NCBI RefSeq assembly: GCF_009914755.1
Contig: NC_060927.1
Length of the DNA: 64,000 nt
DNA from: the human T2T-CHM13v2.0 reference genome, Homo sapiens
Strand: one strand, 5' to 3'
A model generated the notes under the pieces. That model saw nothing but the letters and a program-made list of their open reading frames with translations. It made no database searches and was not told where the DNA came from. Position numbers and translations under genes: made by a program. Shown piece by piece: positions 14,191-30,778 of the stretch (its first letter is position 1; each line of letters starts with the position of its first letter).

Positions 14191-14683
14191 ACACATGAGC
14201 AAATCACAACTATAACCTGCCACCACATGTCAGGACAGGCTGGAGAGCATGCGAGGATTCTATGAAGGCATCCAGAGGCCTTGTACATAACTGGTTCACA
14301 TTTTGTGTATCTGTGCATGTGCATATATATTTATACACAATATATGTACATAGATACATATGTCCATTCATAAGGCACCCAGAGAATCCATACATAACTG
14401 ATTCACATTTTATATGTGTGGATATAAATATACACATACACATATTTTAAATAAAATGTTAACAGAACAATACGCACACACAAGTATATTCTATTTCAAA
14501 TTTACATTGAATATATTAATTAAGGGATTCAGATTAACTCATTTTTGTGTATACCTAAGATTTACAGTTCCCTTGCCATCTCTGCTTAAAGAGTCTCCAG
14601 AAATGGCAGGATGAGATGACTAACAACACCATCACCAATACCATTTCCAGGCTTTTCCTAATACCATTAAACCAGAATAAAAT

Positions 14684-15072
14684 ACGGTCATGCATCTCTC
14701 CACAAAGGGGACACTGAGCAACGTGTCATTAGACAATTTGTTAAGGGGACGCTCCACAAAGGGGATGCTCCGCGAAATGTGTCATTAGGCCATTTTGTCG
14801 TTGTACAAACATTACAGAGTGTACTTACGTGAACCTAGATGGTATATAGCCCACACTACACACCTGGTTGTATGCTATAGCTTGTTGCTCCTAGGCCACA
14901 AAACAGTACAGCAAGTTACTATCCTGGACACTGTAGGCAATCATGACACAATGGTACATATTTGCATATCTAAACACAGAAAAGTTACCGTAAAAATATA
15001 GAAGATAAAAATGGTAGATCTGTACAGGGCACTTGCCATGATTGGAGCTTGCAGGACAGGAAGTTGCTTCCA
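14684..15072. mobile_element. Tigger3 (Golem) DNA transposon fragment
   Basis: tacggtcatgc start; 'agagtgtacttac..aacctagatggtat..ctacacacct..ttgctcctaggc'. Confidence 0.8.
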
Positions 15073-15668
15073 CTATGTGCCAGCCACTGTTCTAGGCACT
15101 AGGGGTGTGGTGGCAAACGGAGCTAACGAGGCTCCTGCTGTCGTGGTGCTGCTCATTATATGATGGATTTGAAAACATTTTGTATATGTGTTTGTGCAGA
15201 GAAGGAATGTGCTGCTGCTAAAAAAATTTTGACCATTCAAATGTAGATAACCCCTTACACCACAGTCTTATGTTAAAAAAAATTTAGTGGTAGCAGATCC
15301 ATGGGTATCTTAAAACTGCTTTGGAAGGGAAACTGATATGATTCTAGGGGCTTCTGTCACAGGCAAGATACAAAGAGTGTGGCTTTGACCCAGCAGGGTA
15401 ATTCTTATGTATAAAACATACCTGCCTATTAGAATTGTACCACTTGCTCTTGTTCTTGACAAGTATGCCAATAAAAGCATAGTTAATAGAAACAAAGATT
15501 GCTAAAATTGATAAATGTTTATAATAACCAAATCTGAGCTTGCAACTAAAAAGGAAACCTGGCTAACACCACAGAAATTAAACTGTTCTTGAATCAAAAC
15601 TCTACCTGCAATATTTGTTTTCCCCCTACACTCTCAGTAGTCTCTAGTAAGAGTTTATGATTGTCAAC

Positions 15669-15682
15669 GTTACCATGGCAAC
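15669..15682. promoter_or_regulatory. RFX X-box motif GTTACCATGGCAAC
   Basis: Near-perfect palindromic match to GTTRCCATGGYAAC in non-repetitive sequence. Confidence 0.55.
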
Positions 15683-16099
15683 TTGTTGAGAGGGGCTGCA
15701 AAATGATGCACCTCAGGCTTCCCTATAGCTGATGTTCACCAGTAATGTTCACCTTTGACTAAATGAGAGAAGTACAAAGTCTTGATGTAACCAACATCCT
15801 ATAACAAAGGGCTTGCTTTTGTTTTCTTTGGGGGAATTTTTGCAAGTTATCAGATAATTAAGAAATTGCATCCTAATATGAGTTGAATCCTAGCAAAATT
15901 TCACATTTGTAATCAAAACATGGTGAAAACCCATCAATAGGAACATTTGCTGATCATATTATCATAATTGTTGATTGAATGATAGATGACATTAACAGTC
16001 AAAATGCAGATTTTCTTCTTATTTTAAAAATTCACTCTTCTTTCTAACTTGTGGCCTTACTGTATGAATTTTGAAGCCACTAATTTGGAATTTGTGATT

Positions 16100-16310
16100 C
16101 AAATTCAATCAGAATGTATTGAGTGCCTACCAGGTGCCTTCACATTCATCTTTCATTTAATTCTCTTAGCTACACAACCATTCTAGGAAGTGGATATTAT
16201 CACATCTGTTTTGCAGATGACTAAACAGAAGCTCAGAGAGGTTATGTAATTTGCCCAAGATCACCCAGCAAGAAAAGGGCAAAGCCAATAGTCAAACACT
16301 AGACTGCTCA
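16100..16310. mobile_element. MIR SINE
   Basis: tattgagtgcctac...ttttgcagatga..aaacagaagctcagagaggtta..taatttgcccaagatcac. Confidence 0.85.
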
Positions 16311-16595
16311 TGATATTTCTAACCCCAAGCTAATGTCTACCATTGCTTAGCAATATTTCTTTTACAGACTGATTACGTATAGTATGGTGAGGGGAGATGG
16401 AGGTAGAGCAGGTATTAAAACAAATGAAGAAATCATTTTCAAATATCTCACTCTTTAAAATATAACATCTCTATTCAAATTTCTACAAATGTGAGCATTA
16501 CAAATAGCTCTCGAATTTATTAAAGTAGTCCAGAGATTTTTCTAGAAAATATTTGGCTTACAGTTGAAGATATTTTTGATAAACTTGAAAGAAAC

Positions 16596-17045
16596 TGTGC
16601 TGAATATTCTCCATTTGTCTCTCCAAATCTATCCTCTACCACTCTCCATCCTATTCTATGCTCTGGGAGGCCTTTCTGGATCAGCAAGTCTTCCCTGCCC
16701 TCTGGCTTCCTAATGCGTTCAGTCACTGGGCAGCACTGTAGGATATCAGAGGGCACAAAGAGAGAAAGGCTACTGTGTTTATACAATCCCTGGCTCCCTC
16801 CTTCTAAGTTGGCAGTGACTGCATTTCTCTAATACATACCAAGCTCCTGCCAGACTCTCTTATCCTAGAGCTACAGTTCACATCAGTTTTCAGCAAAAAC
16901 TCCCTCTTCTTGTGCCTTCAGGCCTAAAGAGTGCTAGCACTTTCTATTGCTGCTAAACCTGAATGCTTTGCCATCCTTTGCTGCCTTCTGTTAACACTGC
17001 CTTAAACCTTATCAACGGTAACTTCATTGAGTTCTGTTCTGTCTA
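16596..17045 (+). mobile_element. LTR33-like ERVL LTR
   Basis: tgtgctgaatattctccatttgtc..tccaaatctatcctctacc. Confidence 0.6.
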
Positions 17046-17068
17046 GGCTCTCAAAGTGGGAGTTTAGA

Positions 17069-17662
<594 letters not shown>

Positions 17663-17689
17663 AGAGCTTAAATTATTGATGATTATTGA

Positions 17690-18715
17690 TCGGAGACTTC
17701 ACCTCTTTTCTAACGTAAGCAGTAGCACTATAAATTTTCCTCTTAGCACTGCTTTTGCTGTGACCTATAAATTTTGATATGTTGTATTTTCATTAAGTTC
17801 AGTGTATTTTTTTATTTCCCTTGAGACATCCTCTTTGACCCAAAGATGATTTAGAAATATGTTGTTTATTTCCCAAAGTGTTCGGAGATTTTTCTGTTAT
17901 CTTTCTCATATTGGTCTGATTCTACCGTGGTCAAAGATCACCTTCCACATGGTTTCAGTTCTTTAAAATTTGTTGAGGTTTGCTTTGTGGTTCATGATGT
18001 GGTTTGTCTTAGTATGTGTACTGTGGGCACTTGAAAGGAATGTGTATTCTGCTGTTGCTGGGTACAGTGTTCTATAAATGTCTGTTAGATTCTGTTAGTG
18101 GGTGGTGTTAAGAGTTCTTCTATATCTTTCTGATTTTCTGTCGAGTTATTCTATCATTTGAGAGAGCGGTGTTGGCATTTTCAACGTAATTGTGGATTTG
18201 TCTATTTTATCTTTTAGCTCTATCATTTTTGCTTTACATATTTTGCAGCCCTGTCATTTGGCATCTCCATTACAGCCTGGCAAAGACAGGACCCAAGGCT
18301 TCCCACTCAAGCTTTGCTGGTGGGAGTAGGGGTAGAAATGGGACAATAATTTTTCTATGGGATTTGGCTACTGTCACAGTTATTTTCTAAAGTTTTCTGT
18401 CTTGCAAGGCTGCCCATTTCCAGGTCCTTTGATTCAAGAGAGCAGGCTCTTTTTGGGGCTTGTTTATCTTCACCCATTGTCAGCTTTGGGTTGCCAGTTT
18501 CTCCAGTATCCAGTCTCACATATATGAAGCAAAAAGGAAACCTGGGAGACCCACCACCATCATTTGCATCCTGATGTCCGTAGCCAGTCTGCCTTCTTTT
18601 CTCTACCTTTCAGTCTTCTTATGTGTTTTAAATATAATGTACAGGACTTTTAGTTCTACTTAGCAGAAAAAATATGGTAAAGTGTGTCTATTCCATCTTC
18701 CTAGAAGCAGACGTC
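17690..18715 (-). mobile_element. Old L1M fragments
   Basis: 'tataaattttcctcttagcactgcttt', 'aatgtgtattctgctgttg', 'tgtggatttgtctattt'. Confidence 0.75.
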
Positions 18716-18719
18716 TTTA

Positions 18720-19230
18720 TGTCAGGCAGTTTTACAAAGAAAATTTAATACAGGGAACTAGTTACAAAAGGTTGGATGAACAGAAAAGCCAAATGGCACA
18801 GCGAGGCAAAGCAAAAATTTAATAGCAGAAAGTGGCTATTACCGTAGGATCAGGGCAGACAAAGAGTGAGTGTCGTTAACAGACCCCAGAAGCTAGAGCC
18901 GCCCAATGAGAGATTGGACCAAAGAGGGAGGAACCGTACCACTGAGAGTTTGAATCATGAAGGACAGGCAGCCAATAATGGACTCCTACCCCTTTTCCCA
19001 CCGCAGGTAGAAAGAAAGAGAAAAAAAAATACCCGGTTTCTCCTCTCCTCTCTCCCTTCAGTTGCCTTCCAGTGCCTTTCAATGGCCAAACCAGTCAAAA
19101 GTCACTTGGCAAGGGAGTCAGGGAAATGCCATTGGCAGGGCCCAGCTTCCTGGCCACCAAGCAGAGCAGGGGGAAGTGGGGAACAGGTCTGAGTGGAAAC
19201 AGGCAGATGATGGGCACAGGATTAATAGTT
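18720..19230 (-). mobile_element. Old ERVL-type LTR remnant
   Basis: Motifs similar to the element at 11775 ('ctagttacaaaag', 'ggccaaacc'). Confidence 0.45.
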
Positions 19231-19721
19231 ATTTTAGAGTTGCTGTGGATTTGGAGTCAGAAATCCCTAACAAAACATGGGATAACAGCACAAATATAGT
19301 AAAAATGTCAGAGGCCACAGGAAAATAACATTATTGGGTGTCCCAGTGGGTGTTTGGAATAAAAGATCAGCCTGCCACACTCCAAAATACCCAAGTAATT
19401 TTCCTAAAATCCATCCACTTTCCTCTAGCTATAACTATCTAGTTTGAAAGATAATAAGCCCAAAATGTTTGTTCTTGTAACTGTACTCTTTAGACACCAA
19501 TGTTCTCATAATTGAGGGAAAAATAATCCTAAATGTATTAGGTGTGTTTTCCTCAGTAATTCTTCTTCATGGGGATGGATTCTTTGTGATGTGTCTTCAT
19601 TCATCAGTGAAAGCAATTGCCTGCACAGTCGTTTCCATGTACAGTACTCAGGTGATCTGAGTAGAAGTTGGCTGTGCTTCCTCTTTTAGATGGAGAAACA
19701 AACTTGAATAGCCCACTACAA

Positions 19722-20005
19722 GCTGGGTGCGGTGGCTCACACCTGTAATCTCAGCGCTTTGGGATGCCAAGGCAGGAGGATTGCCTGAAGGAAGGAGACC
19801 TGCCTGGGAAACATAGTGAGACTCCATCTCTAAAAAATATTGTTTTTTAAAAAAATTAGCTGGGTGCTAATTAATTAGGTGGTGTGCAAGCCTGTAGTCC
19901 CAGCTATGTGGGAGACTGAGGCACGTGGATTCCTTGAGCCCAGGAGGGTGACACTGCAATGATCTATGATCACACTGCTACCCTCCAACCTGGGTGAAAA
20001 AAAGA
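19722..20005 (+). mobile_element. AluJ element
   Basis: gctgggtgcggtggctcacacctgtaatc... Confidence 0.9.
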
Positions 20006-21529
20006 GCACTACAAAAATGTTATTTGAACAGGGGAAAAGGTCAACACTACTACAAATAGATGTTCCATGCCTAGAAGTCCCATGAATAGATGAATGCACA
20101 GAGAAGATCAACAGGCTTCAGAGGAACACTACACTGCATCAATGATGCTAATTTGGTGGCAACCCATGTGAAATTTCTGATACATTGGAAAGGGGCTGGC
20201 AGAAAGTTTCAGTTGGCAGACTCTGTGAAATTAACAACAAAGAATGATGAATGGAAGAACTTAAGTATTTTAAAGAATGCTTTCAAAGAATCCATTTTAA
20301 TAAACAATCACTGTATTCATCAAAATTCTTATCCTTTTACTGTATTTTGGAAACCTATTTTTAAACCTGAGAGGATTAAATCAATATTTCTATAAAAATA
20401 TTTTATAACTCAGCTTTGTTAGTATACTTCTCTCAATGGTATAGGAAGTTAGCTCTACACCGTATGAAGGAGTTTATGTACAAGACAAATGAAGCTATGT
20501 CTACTCTCTAAAGTGAATAACTTCTTTGATTGACAGTTTTTTCCTAATTAGCACAGCAAACTATAGCTGACCGTACTAGTGTCGGAAGCCCAGCACAATA
20601 AATTATCCTTCAATTGTCATTCAAAACAAAGTTCAAGAAAGAACTAAACATCAGGCAGCAGGGAAAAAACACACAGAGTACGCATGGTTTATTAATAATG
20701 TACGAGGATGGCCAGCACAGTACTTGAATGAGATGGGGGTGACAAAAGTCAATTAAAATCTTGAGACGGTTTTTTTGAGATATGGAATATTAATTAGAGA
20801 AAGCAACTGCAGAATTGCCTGGCAGAACCAGGCACACATTTGAAATCTTGTTTGTAGTTCAAGAAGCCATTTTTTAAAGAGTCCTTGAGAGACTGAAAAG
20901 ATGCATCTAGAAAAAAAGCAATTAAAATAATTCGGAGCTGGAAGACGTTAGGTCAACTTGGCATGTGTAATGCAAAAGGATACAGTGGTCAGCACGGCGC
21001 TGCAGGAAACCTACTAGGACAGCTACTTCCGTGGGACTCTTTAGTGTTTTTATTTATATTTTTTTCTGACAAAGACCACTTTAAAAACACAAATGGGAGA
21101 AAGGCAGTTACAAGTGTGTAGTGTTGTGAACTATTATGAATCGCCTATTTCAAGCATAAGTGAAAGAAAAGCCATTTCTGCTCTGGTTAAACAAATCATA
21201 TTTGTCTACAATAGGATTAGAGATGCAACAGACTGGAGAGTTTGGCTCTGTTTCTGGGACAGGGGAGATATCCATCTACCCTGAAAAAAAAAATAACTAA
21301 CATCTTTTGAGAGCCTTGTGTACCAGACACTATATAGTATGCTTTCTAATGGTTTATTTCCTACAGAAAGTATGCTACATGAAGGCAGGGAAATTTGCTG
21401 GTTTTGAACTATCATATCCTCCATGGCTGGCACATAGTAGGCACTCAACAAATATTTTACCAATGAAGGGTGCTTCTCTAATGGTTGGATTTGTTATGCC
21501 TGTTTTCCTCTTATAATGAAATATGATAA

Positions 21530-22056
21530 AAATTGGGGTTTACTTCCTCTTAGTGTTCATGCTCTTGTGCCCTTGAGGGCAAACTAGACCTAGTGGCCCA
21601 CTTCTAATGAATAAAATATATGAAAATGATGGAATGTCACCACTGAGATTAGGTTAAAAAATGACTGGGAGTTCTGCCTGGCTGTCTGTTGCTCTCCCAC
21701 TTGCTCTTTCTGATGGAAGCCAGCTGCCCTATGAAGAGGCTCATGTGCCAGGAAACTGAAAGAGGCCTCTGGCCAACAGCCAGTGAGGAACTGAGAGTCT
21801 CAGTCTGACGGCCCATGAGGAACTGGACCCTGACAACAACCATGCGAGAGAGGTCAGAAGACTCTCCAGCCCCAGTTGAACCTTGAGATTACTACAGCCC
21901 TGGCCATGTAATCTTGTGAGAGATCCTAAGCCAGAATTACCCATCCAATCTGTTCCTAGATTTCAGACACACAGAAACTATGAGATAATAAATATTTGTT
22001 GTTTTAAACTGCTAAACTTGAGGGTAATTTGTCATACAGCCAGAGATAACTAATAT
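21530..22056 (+). mobile_element. MLT1F-like LTR
   Basis: 'ggcctctggccaacagccagtgaggaactgag', 'cacagaaactatgagataataaatatttgttgttttaa'. Confidence 0.8.
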
Positions 22057-23049
22057 ATACATCTACGTAAAAGTGTTTATTTTTAAGTTGTTGGGGTATT
22101 CTTTTTTCAAATGGCATTGTAATTTTCTACTTTCTGCTCTTACAGCATGTACTAGTGTTTTTCAAAAAATAACCCTGGTTTGGCAGTGTGGTAACAGCTG
22201 CTTCTTCCATGTCTAATGGATGGCAGTAACGTTTCAACTGAAAATTTATTTTCTCATTCTAAAGTGTTACCTTAGCATATTGACAGTAGGAGCCTTACAC
22301 AGTTCCAAGAAAATCATAATTAAGTCAAAGTTCTAAAAAATACTTTAAAATCCATTAGATTTATTCAACACAGCATTCTACATGTCATAATGACACTAAG
22401 TGCTAAAATTAATCTCTAGACACCTTCCTATTGAAGTTAAACGGGCTCTCTTTATCTAGTTCCTTCTACAGCTCATGACATCTATATGTTGGGTTTTTAT
22501 AATATATAGTAGCCAGACAAATAGCCATACAAATGAGTCCTGTGAATTCACACTAATTCATCATTTTGATCAAAACACAGTTAACCACTGGTTATCTGGC
22601 CCCCAAATTCCAGTGATATCTATACATTATACCTTATTTTTGCACTACCAATGTATAAACTCTTAAATTCTGTAAGATACATCTAATGCTATCGTGCAGC
22701 CAAAATAACTTATTCTTTGAAAGTTGAAGGGTCTTATGAGTTACCATTATGTATAGCAAGTATTATTCTAATCAATTAATGTGGACTTCTTATCATGTAG
22801 CTTTATCCTGGCCCTTTTTCTTGTCTTCCCCTAGACTGTAGGTCTTCTGTTCTACCACTGAAGAGGACCTGACATACAATGAATACTCAGATATATATAT
22901 CTAATAAACTAATACATAAATTCTATGCTTGTTTTTTCATTCAAAGATACTTTAGCATGGTCCTAGCCCTCAAAGATGGATAAAGGAGAGGAAGAAATAC
23001 ACACATAATCATAATGGAAGACAGTAATAGTAATCATAATTACTTAAGA

Positions 23050-23700
23050 AAGTATGTCAAATGATACTGGGTATTTATTTTTAAATATGCAGATCCCTGG
23101 GCCCCAGCCTTCAACTGAACGTTTAATGTAACATTAAATGCTTACATTTAACTTGGCTTAAGAACCATGGACTAGATCAGAGGTTGGCAAACTTTTTCTA
23201 TAAATGTCTAGGTAGAAAATGTTTTGGGCTTTGCAGACCAACATAATCTCTGCTGCAACTAAACTCTGCCATTGTAATGCAAAAGCTGCTGTAGTTAATA
23301 CATAAATAAATGGATATGACCGTGTTCCAATAAAACTTTACAAATGGACATTGACATTTTAAGTTTTTAATTTCTTATAATTTTCACACATCATGAAATA
23401 CTATTCTTCTTCTGATTTTTTCTCAACTATATAAAACTATAATAACCATTCTTGGCTTTTGAGGGGCACAAAACCAGACAGCTGGCCAGATTTGGCCTGC
23501 AGGCCATAGTTGGGCAGTCTTTGGCATAAATGAAAGAGCATGGACTCTGGAATCTTCTTGACCTGAGTTTGTATTCCAGCTCTGCTCTTTATTAGCTGGT
23601 GACTTGAGCAAGCTACTTACCCTATGAGAGCCTGTTTCTTTTTTACCCAAGACAAAGAGAGATTTCAGTTATACCTACTTCATCCATGAGGTGGCAAGAC
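23050..23700. mobile_element. MER5A fragment, MER58B (23177-23525) and MIR
   Basis: 'gcagatccctgggcccca'; 'cagaggttggcaaact...gttccaataaaacttta...ggccagatttggcc..aggccatagtt'. Confidence 0.8.
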
Positions 23701-24784
23701 ACTTGAAGACCAAAAAAAAAAAAAAAAAAAAAAAAGAGGGTGTGGGTACAGGCTAAAAAGCCTGTGTGCTAAAACAATAATCATGCTATTTGAACTACCA
23801 TAGTAAACATGTTTTCTTTTTACATGCCAATCAGGGAACTAATTTGGACATGGATTTAATTAAATGCAGTTGGCTGCATCACTAATATACTCTCTCTCCA
23901 TCATATTCTATTACACAGTAGTCACTTCGTTTTGGGATTTGTTATTGTAATGTGATGAGACCTCACCATAACGTGTCATGGAGTGCACCAGGCAGCATCT
24001 TTTATTTTTATATGACTAGGTTTTAATGGGATTTTACAATTTAGCTCTAGGATGTCTAGCCTGCCAAATCATTCAGCAAATGCTAAGAAAATTGTCTTAA
24101 CTAGCATGCTGCAAGTAAATGCTTCGATTTAATACATCATAAAAATAATAAAAAGAGAAAAATAAAACAGATAGGAAAAAGGGAAAAAATCATTTTGGAG
24201 AAAAGCCTGGCTTTCTCCTGAATTAAGATTTTAGGAAACAAAGTTTACATTTTATTTTTGACAGATGTTATAGCTACTGTGATTATGATTTCCCAACACC
24301 AGCACCCAAAAGAAGACACATTTTTAGTTTAATCACATTTACTTTATACTGTGCCTGACAAGTGTTCATTCATCCAGCCTCATTTCAGCAACTTGTCTCT
24401 GAAAAAGGAAAGTCTTAAAAGAACAATGCCTTAACCCAAAAGAATGAACATCTAAATGATAGAATAAAATGCATTAAACTAGAGGCAAGTAACTAGCGGT
24501 GGGGGCAGTGGAGCAGCAGAGTTACATAGATAGAAAACAAACATACCTCTCTTATTTGCAGGACCCAGAGAAAGAATATAAATTGTGACCACATAACGTG
24601 TCAAATATTTAGAAGTTAGAAATCCATTTAAATCCCACTCAAGGCCTTGCAGTCAATATCTGAAAATAGTCCTCCAGCCTGAATGTTAAAAGCCTGCTAG
24701 ACTGCTTGGTAGCACAAATATGCTGGGCAGGACAGGATAGAAGACGGACCTGGGCTCAGGCCCAGGACTTCTGGGTACTGACTG

Positions 24785-27188
24785 CACTAAAAACTGTTAG
24801 AACTCATAATCAAGTTCAGCACGGTTGCAAGATGCAAGATCAATATACAAAAATCAACTGTATTTCTAGACGTTAGTAATAATTCAAAACCAAATTCAAG
24901 AAAACAACTGCATTTATAATAGCACCGAAAAGAGTAAAATACTTAGACACAAATTTAATGAAAGAAATCCAAAATGAAAACTCTGATTTTGAAAACTTTT
25001 TTTTAAAGAACTCAAAGCCTAAATAAATAGACAAATATTCTATGTTCATGGATTGGAAGATTTAATATTATTAAGATGGCACTACTCCCCAAATTGATCT
25101 ACAGATTCAACACAATTACTATGAGAATCCTAGCTAGATTTTTTAGCAGAAATTTGCAAGCTGATCCTAAAATTCATATGGAAGTGCAAGGGACCCCAAA
25201 TAGCCAAAACAACCTTAAAAAAGGAAGAGCAAAGTTGAAGGATTCATACTTCCCAATTTCAAAACTAACTACAAAATTAGAGTAATCAAGACAATATAAT
25301 ATAAGTCTACATGGATAGATATAGATCAATGGAATAAAATTGATAATTCAGAAACAAAACCTCAAATTTATAGTCAATTAATTTTCCACAGTAGTGCCAA
25401 GACAATTCAATGGAAAACAGTAGTCTTTTCAACAAATGATGCTAAGATATTGACATACCAAAAAATGAGCCTTATTCTCTACCACACAGAACATTGAACT
25501 CAAATTGGATCATAGATCTAAATTTAAGAGGTAAAATTATAAAACTCTTAGAAGAAAACACAGGAGTAAATCTTCATGACCTTGAGCTAGGCAGTCTTCT
25601 TAGACACAACACCAAAAGCACAAATAACAAAAGAAAATTGGGTGAAGTGGATTCATCAAAATTAAGACTTTTGTGCTCCAGAGGACACCATTAAGAACAT
25701 GCAAAGACAGCCCACAGAATAAGAGAAAATATTTGCAACTGAAAGATAGAACTTTCCACCTCAAAATATGTCATTGTGGCACAAGGACTATTTTGAGCTG
25801 AAGGCAATTGAGAAGAAGTAGATACAAGAAATGCTCTCTTCCCTCTCCTTACTGCCTAAAAGCAGGACATAAATGTGGCAACCCTAGACCCTTATCAGCC
25901 CAGAGATGGCACCACAGGACTCTACATAACAAACTTTATAATTAATTCTTATCTACTATTAGTCTCTTATATATTCACCTTCCCATAATTTGTTGCCCTA
26001 GAAACTCAGTCATTTTCCTGTCTTGTAACTTGTCTGAAAATTTATCATTTATTGTTGTTAAGATACTACATAAGCCTAAGTTCCAGTCATCTCTTTGAGT
26101 TACTCATCCCTGAGTTTCTCCTCTGTATATATGATATACACATGTGAATAAATTTCTGACCATTTTTCTCTTGTTAAGCTATCTTTTGTTACAGAGCCCC
26201 AGCTGTGAACCTAGAAGAGTAGAAGGAAAAAGATTTTTTCCTCCCCTACAAAATCATATAACTGATAAGGGATTTGTATCCAAAATACATTTAAAAAACT
26301 TTTACAACTTGGTCATAAAAGACAAATAACCCAAATTTAAAATGGCAAAGAATTTGAACAGACATTTCTTCAAAGAATGTATATAAACAGCCAGTAAGAT
26401 GCTCAACATGAAAAGGCACTCAACACCATTTGGGAAATATAAACCAAAACCAAAATGAGATATCATTTCCCACCCACTAGGATGGCTATAGTTGAAAAGG
26501 CAGACAATAACAAGTGTTTACAAAGATGTGGAGAAACTACAGCTCTTACACATTTCTGGTGTATATGCAAAACAATGCAGCCACTTTGGAAAATAATTTG
26601 GTGATTCCTCAAAAAGTTAAACATAGACTTATCACATGACCTAGCAGTTGCACTCCTAGGTGCCCCAGGGAAGTAACAACACACGCCACACAAAAACTTG
26701 TACATGAATGTTTATGGCAATATTATTCACCATAGCCCAAAATTGGAAACAACTCAAATGTCCACCAAGTAATGAGTGGACAATGGACTATTACTTAGCA
26801 ATAATGAATGAGGACTATTACACACCAATAACGAATGAGGTACTGATCCACGCTATGACATATATGAACCTTGAAAACATTATGCTAAATGAAAGAAGCC
26901 AGTCACAAAAGACCACATATCATATGAATCCATTTATATGAAATGCCTAGAAGAGGTAAATCTAGAGAGATGGAAATTGGATTAGTGATTGCCTAGGGCT
27001 GATGGAGTTGGGAGGAAATGGAGAGTGACTGTACTGGTTTTTTTCAGGTGTAATAAAAATGTTCTAAAATGTATTGTGGTGATGGTTGCATAACTGTGAA
27101 TGTACTAAGAAACAGAATATTATACACTGTAAATGGGTGGATCATATGGTATATGAATATATCTCAATAAAGCTGTTAAAAAAAAAAA
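24785..27188 (+). mobile_element. L1MB7/8-like 3' portion (degenerate ORF2 plus 3'UTR), interrupted by an LTR
   Basis: ORF-track peptides [12 protein letters not shown] and LFTIAQNWKQLKCP; ends atctcaataaagctgtt plus A-tail. Confidence 0.9.
25740..26250 (+). mobile_element. MER34-like ERV1 solo LTR
   Basis: tg...ca termini; 'tattttgagctgaaggcaattgaga', 'gaacctagaagagtagaaggaaaa..ttttcctcccctaca'; L1 resumes on either side. Confidence 0.75.
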
Positions 27189-27380
27189 GGGGAGGGAGGT
27201 TCCAAGATGGCCGAATAGGAATAGCTCCAGTTTACAGCTCCCAGTGTGAGTGATGTGGAAGACAGGTTATTTCTGCATTTCCAACTGAGGTACCCCATTC
27301 ATCTCACTGGGGGTTGTCAGACAGTGGGTGCAGCCCATGGAACAGGGCAGGGCATCACCTCACCCAGGAAGCGCAAGGTG

Positions 27381-27617
27381 TCAGAGAATCCCTTTCCTAG
27401 CCAAGGGAAGCCGTGACAGACGGTACCCGGAAAATCGGGACACTTCCACCCTAATACTGCGCTTTTCCAATGGTCTTAGCAAGTGGCACACCAGGAGATT
27501 ATATCCTGCGCGTGGCTTGGAGGGTCCCAAGCCCATGGAGCCTTGCTCACTGCTAGAACAACAGTCTGAGATCGAACTGCAAGGCATCAGCGAGCCTGGG
27601 GGAGGGGCATCTGCCAT
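27381..27617 (-). CDS. L1 ORF0-like antisense ORF (78 aa, MADAPPPGSLMPCSSISDCC...)
   Basis: Collinear with primate L1 ORF0 (MAGAPPPASLPPCSLISDCC...); ATG at 27617, open to the stop at 27381; expression unknown. Confidence 0.6.
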   Translation of the reverse strand: MADAPPPGSLMPCSSISDCCSSSEQGSMGLGPSKPRAGYNLLVCHLLRPLEKRSIRVEVSRFSGYRLSRLPLARKGIL

Positions 27618-28181
27618 TGCTGAGGCTTGAGTAGGTAAACAAAGTGGCCAGGAAGCTCGAACTGGGTGGAGCCCACTGCAGCTCAAGAAGGCCTGCCTGA
27701 CTCTGTAGACTCCACCTCTGGAGGCAGGGCATAGCTGAACAAAAGGTAGGAGAAACTTCTGCAGACTTAAACGTCCCTGTCTGACAGCTTTGAAGAGAGT
27801 AGTGGTTCTCCCAGCACAGAGTTTGAGATCTGAGAAAGGACAGACTGCCTCCTCAAGTGGGTGCCTGACCCCTGACTAGCCTAACTGGGAGACACCTCCC
27901 AGTAGGGGCCGACTGACACCTCATACAGCTGGGTGCCCCCCTGAGACAAAGCTTCCAGAGGAAGGATCAGGCAGCAACATTTGCCGTTCTGCAATATTTG
28001 CTGTTCTGCAGCCTCCGCTGGTGATACCCAGGCAAACAGGGTCTGGAGTGGACCTCCAGCAAACTCTAACAGACCTGCAGCTGAGGATCCTGACTGTTAG
28101 AAAGAAAACTAACAAACAGACAGGATATCCACACTAAAACCCCATCTCTATGTCACCATCATCAAAGACCAATTCTACTAT

Positions 28182-30778
<2,597 letters not shown>

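Noticed and set aside
14698-14797. Direct repeat at the Tigger3 end
   Set aside because: A small diverged local duplication within a dead transposon, with no sign of function.
19540-19690. Coding-like stretch open on both strands
   Set aside because: No recognisable protein and no convincing splice-site pair.
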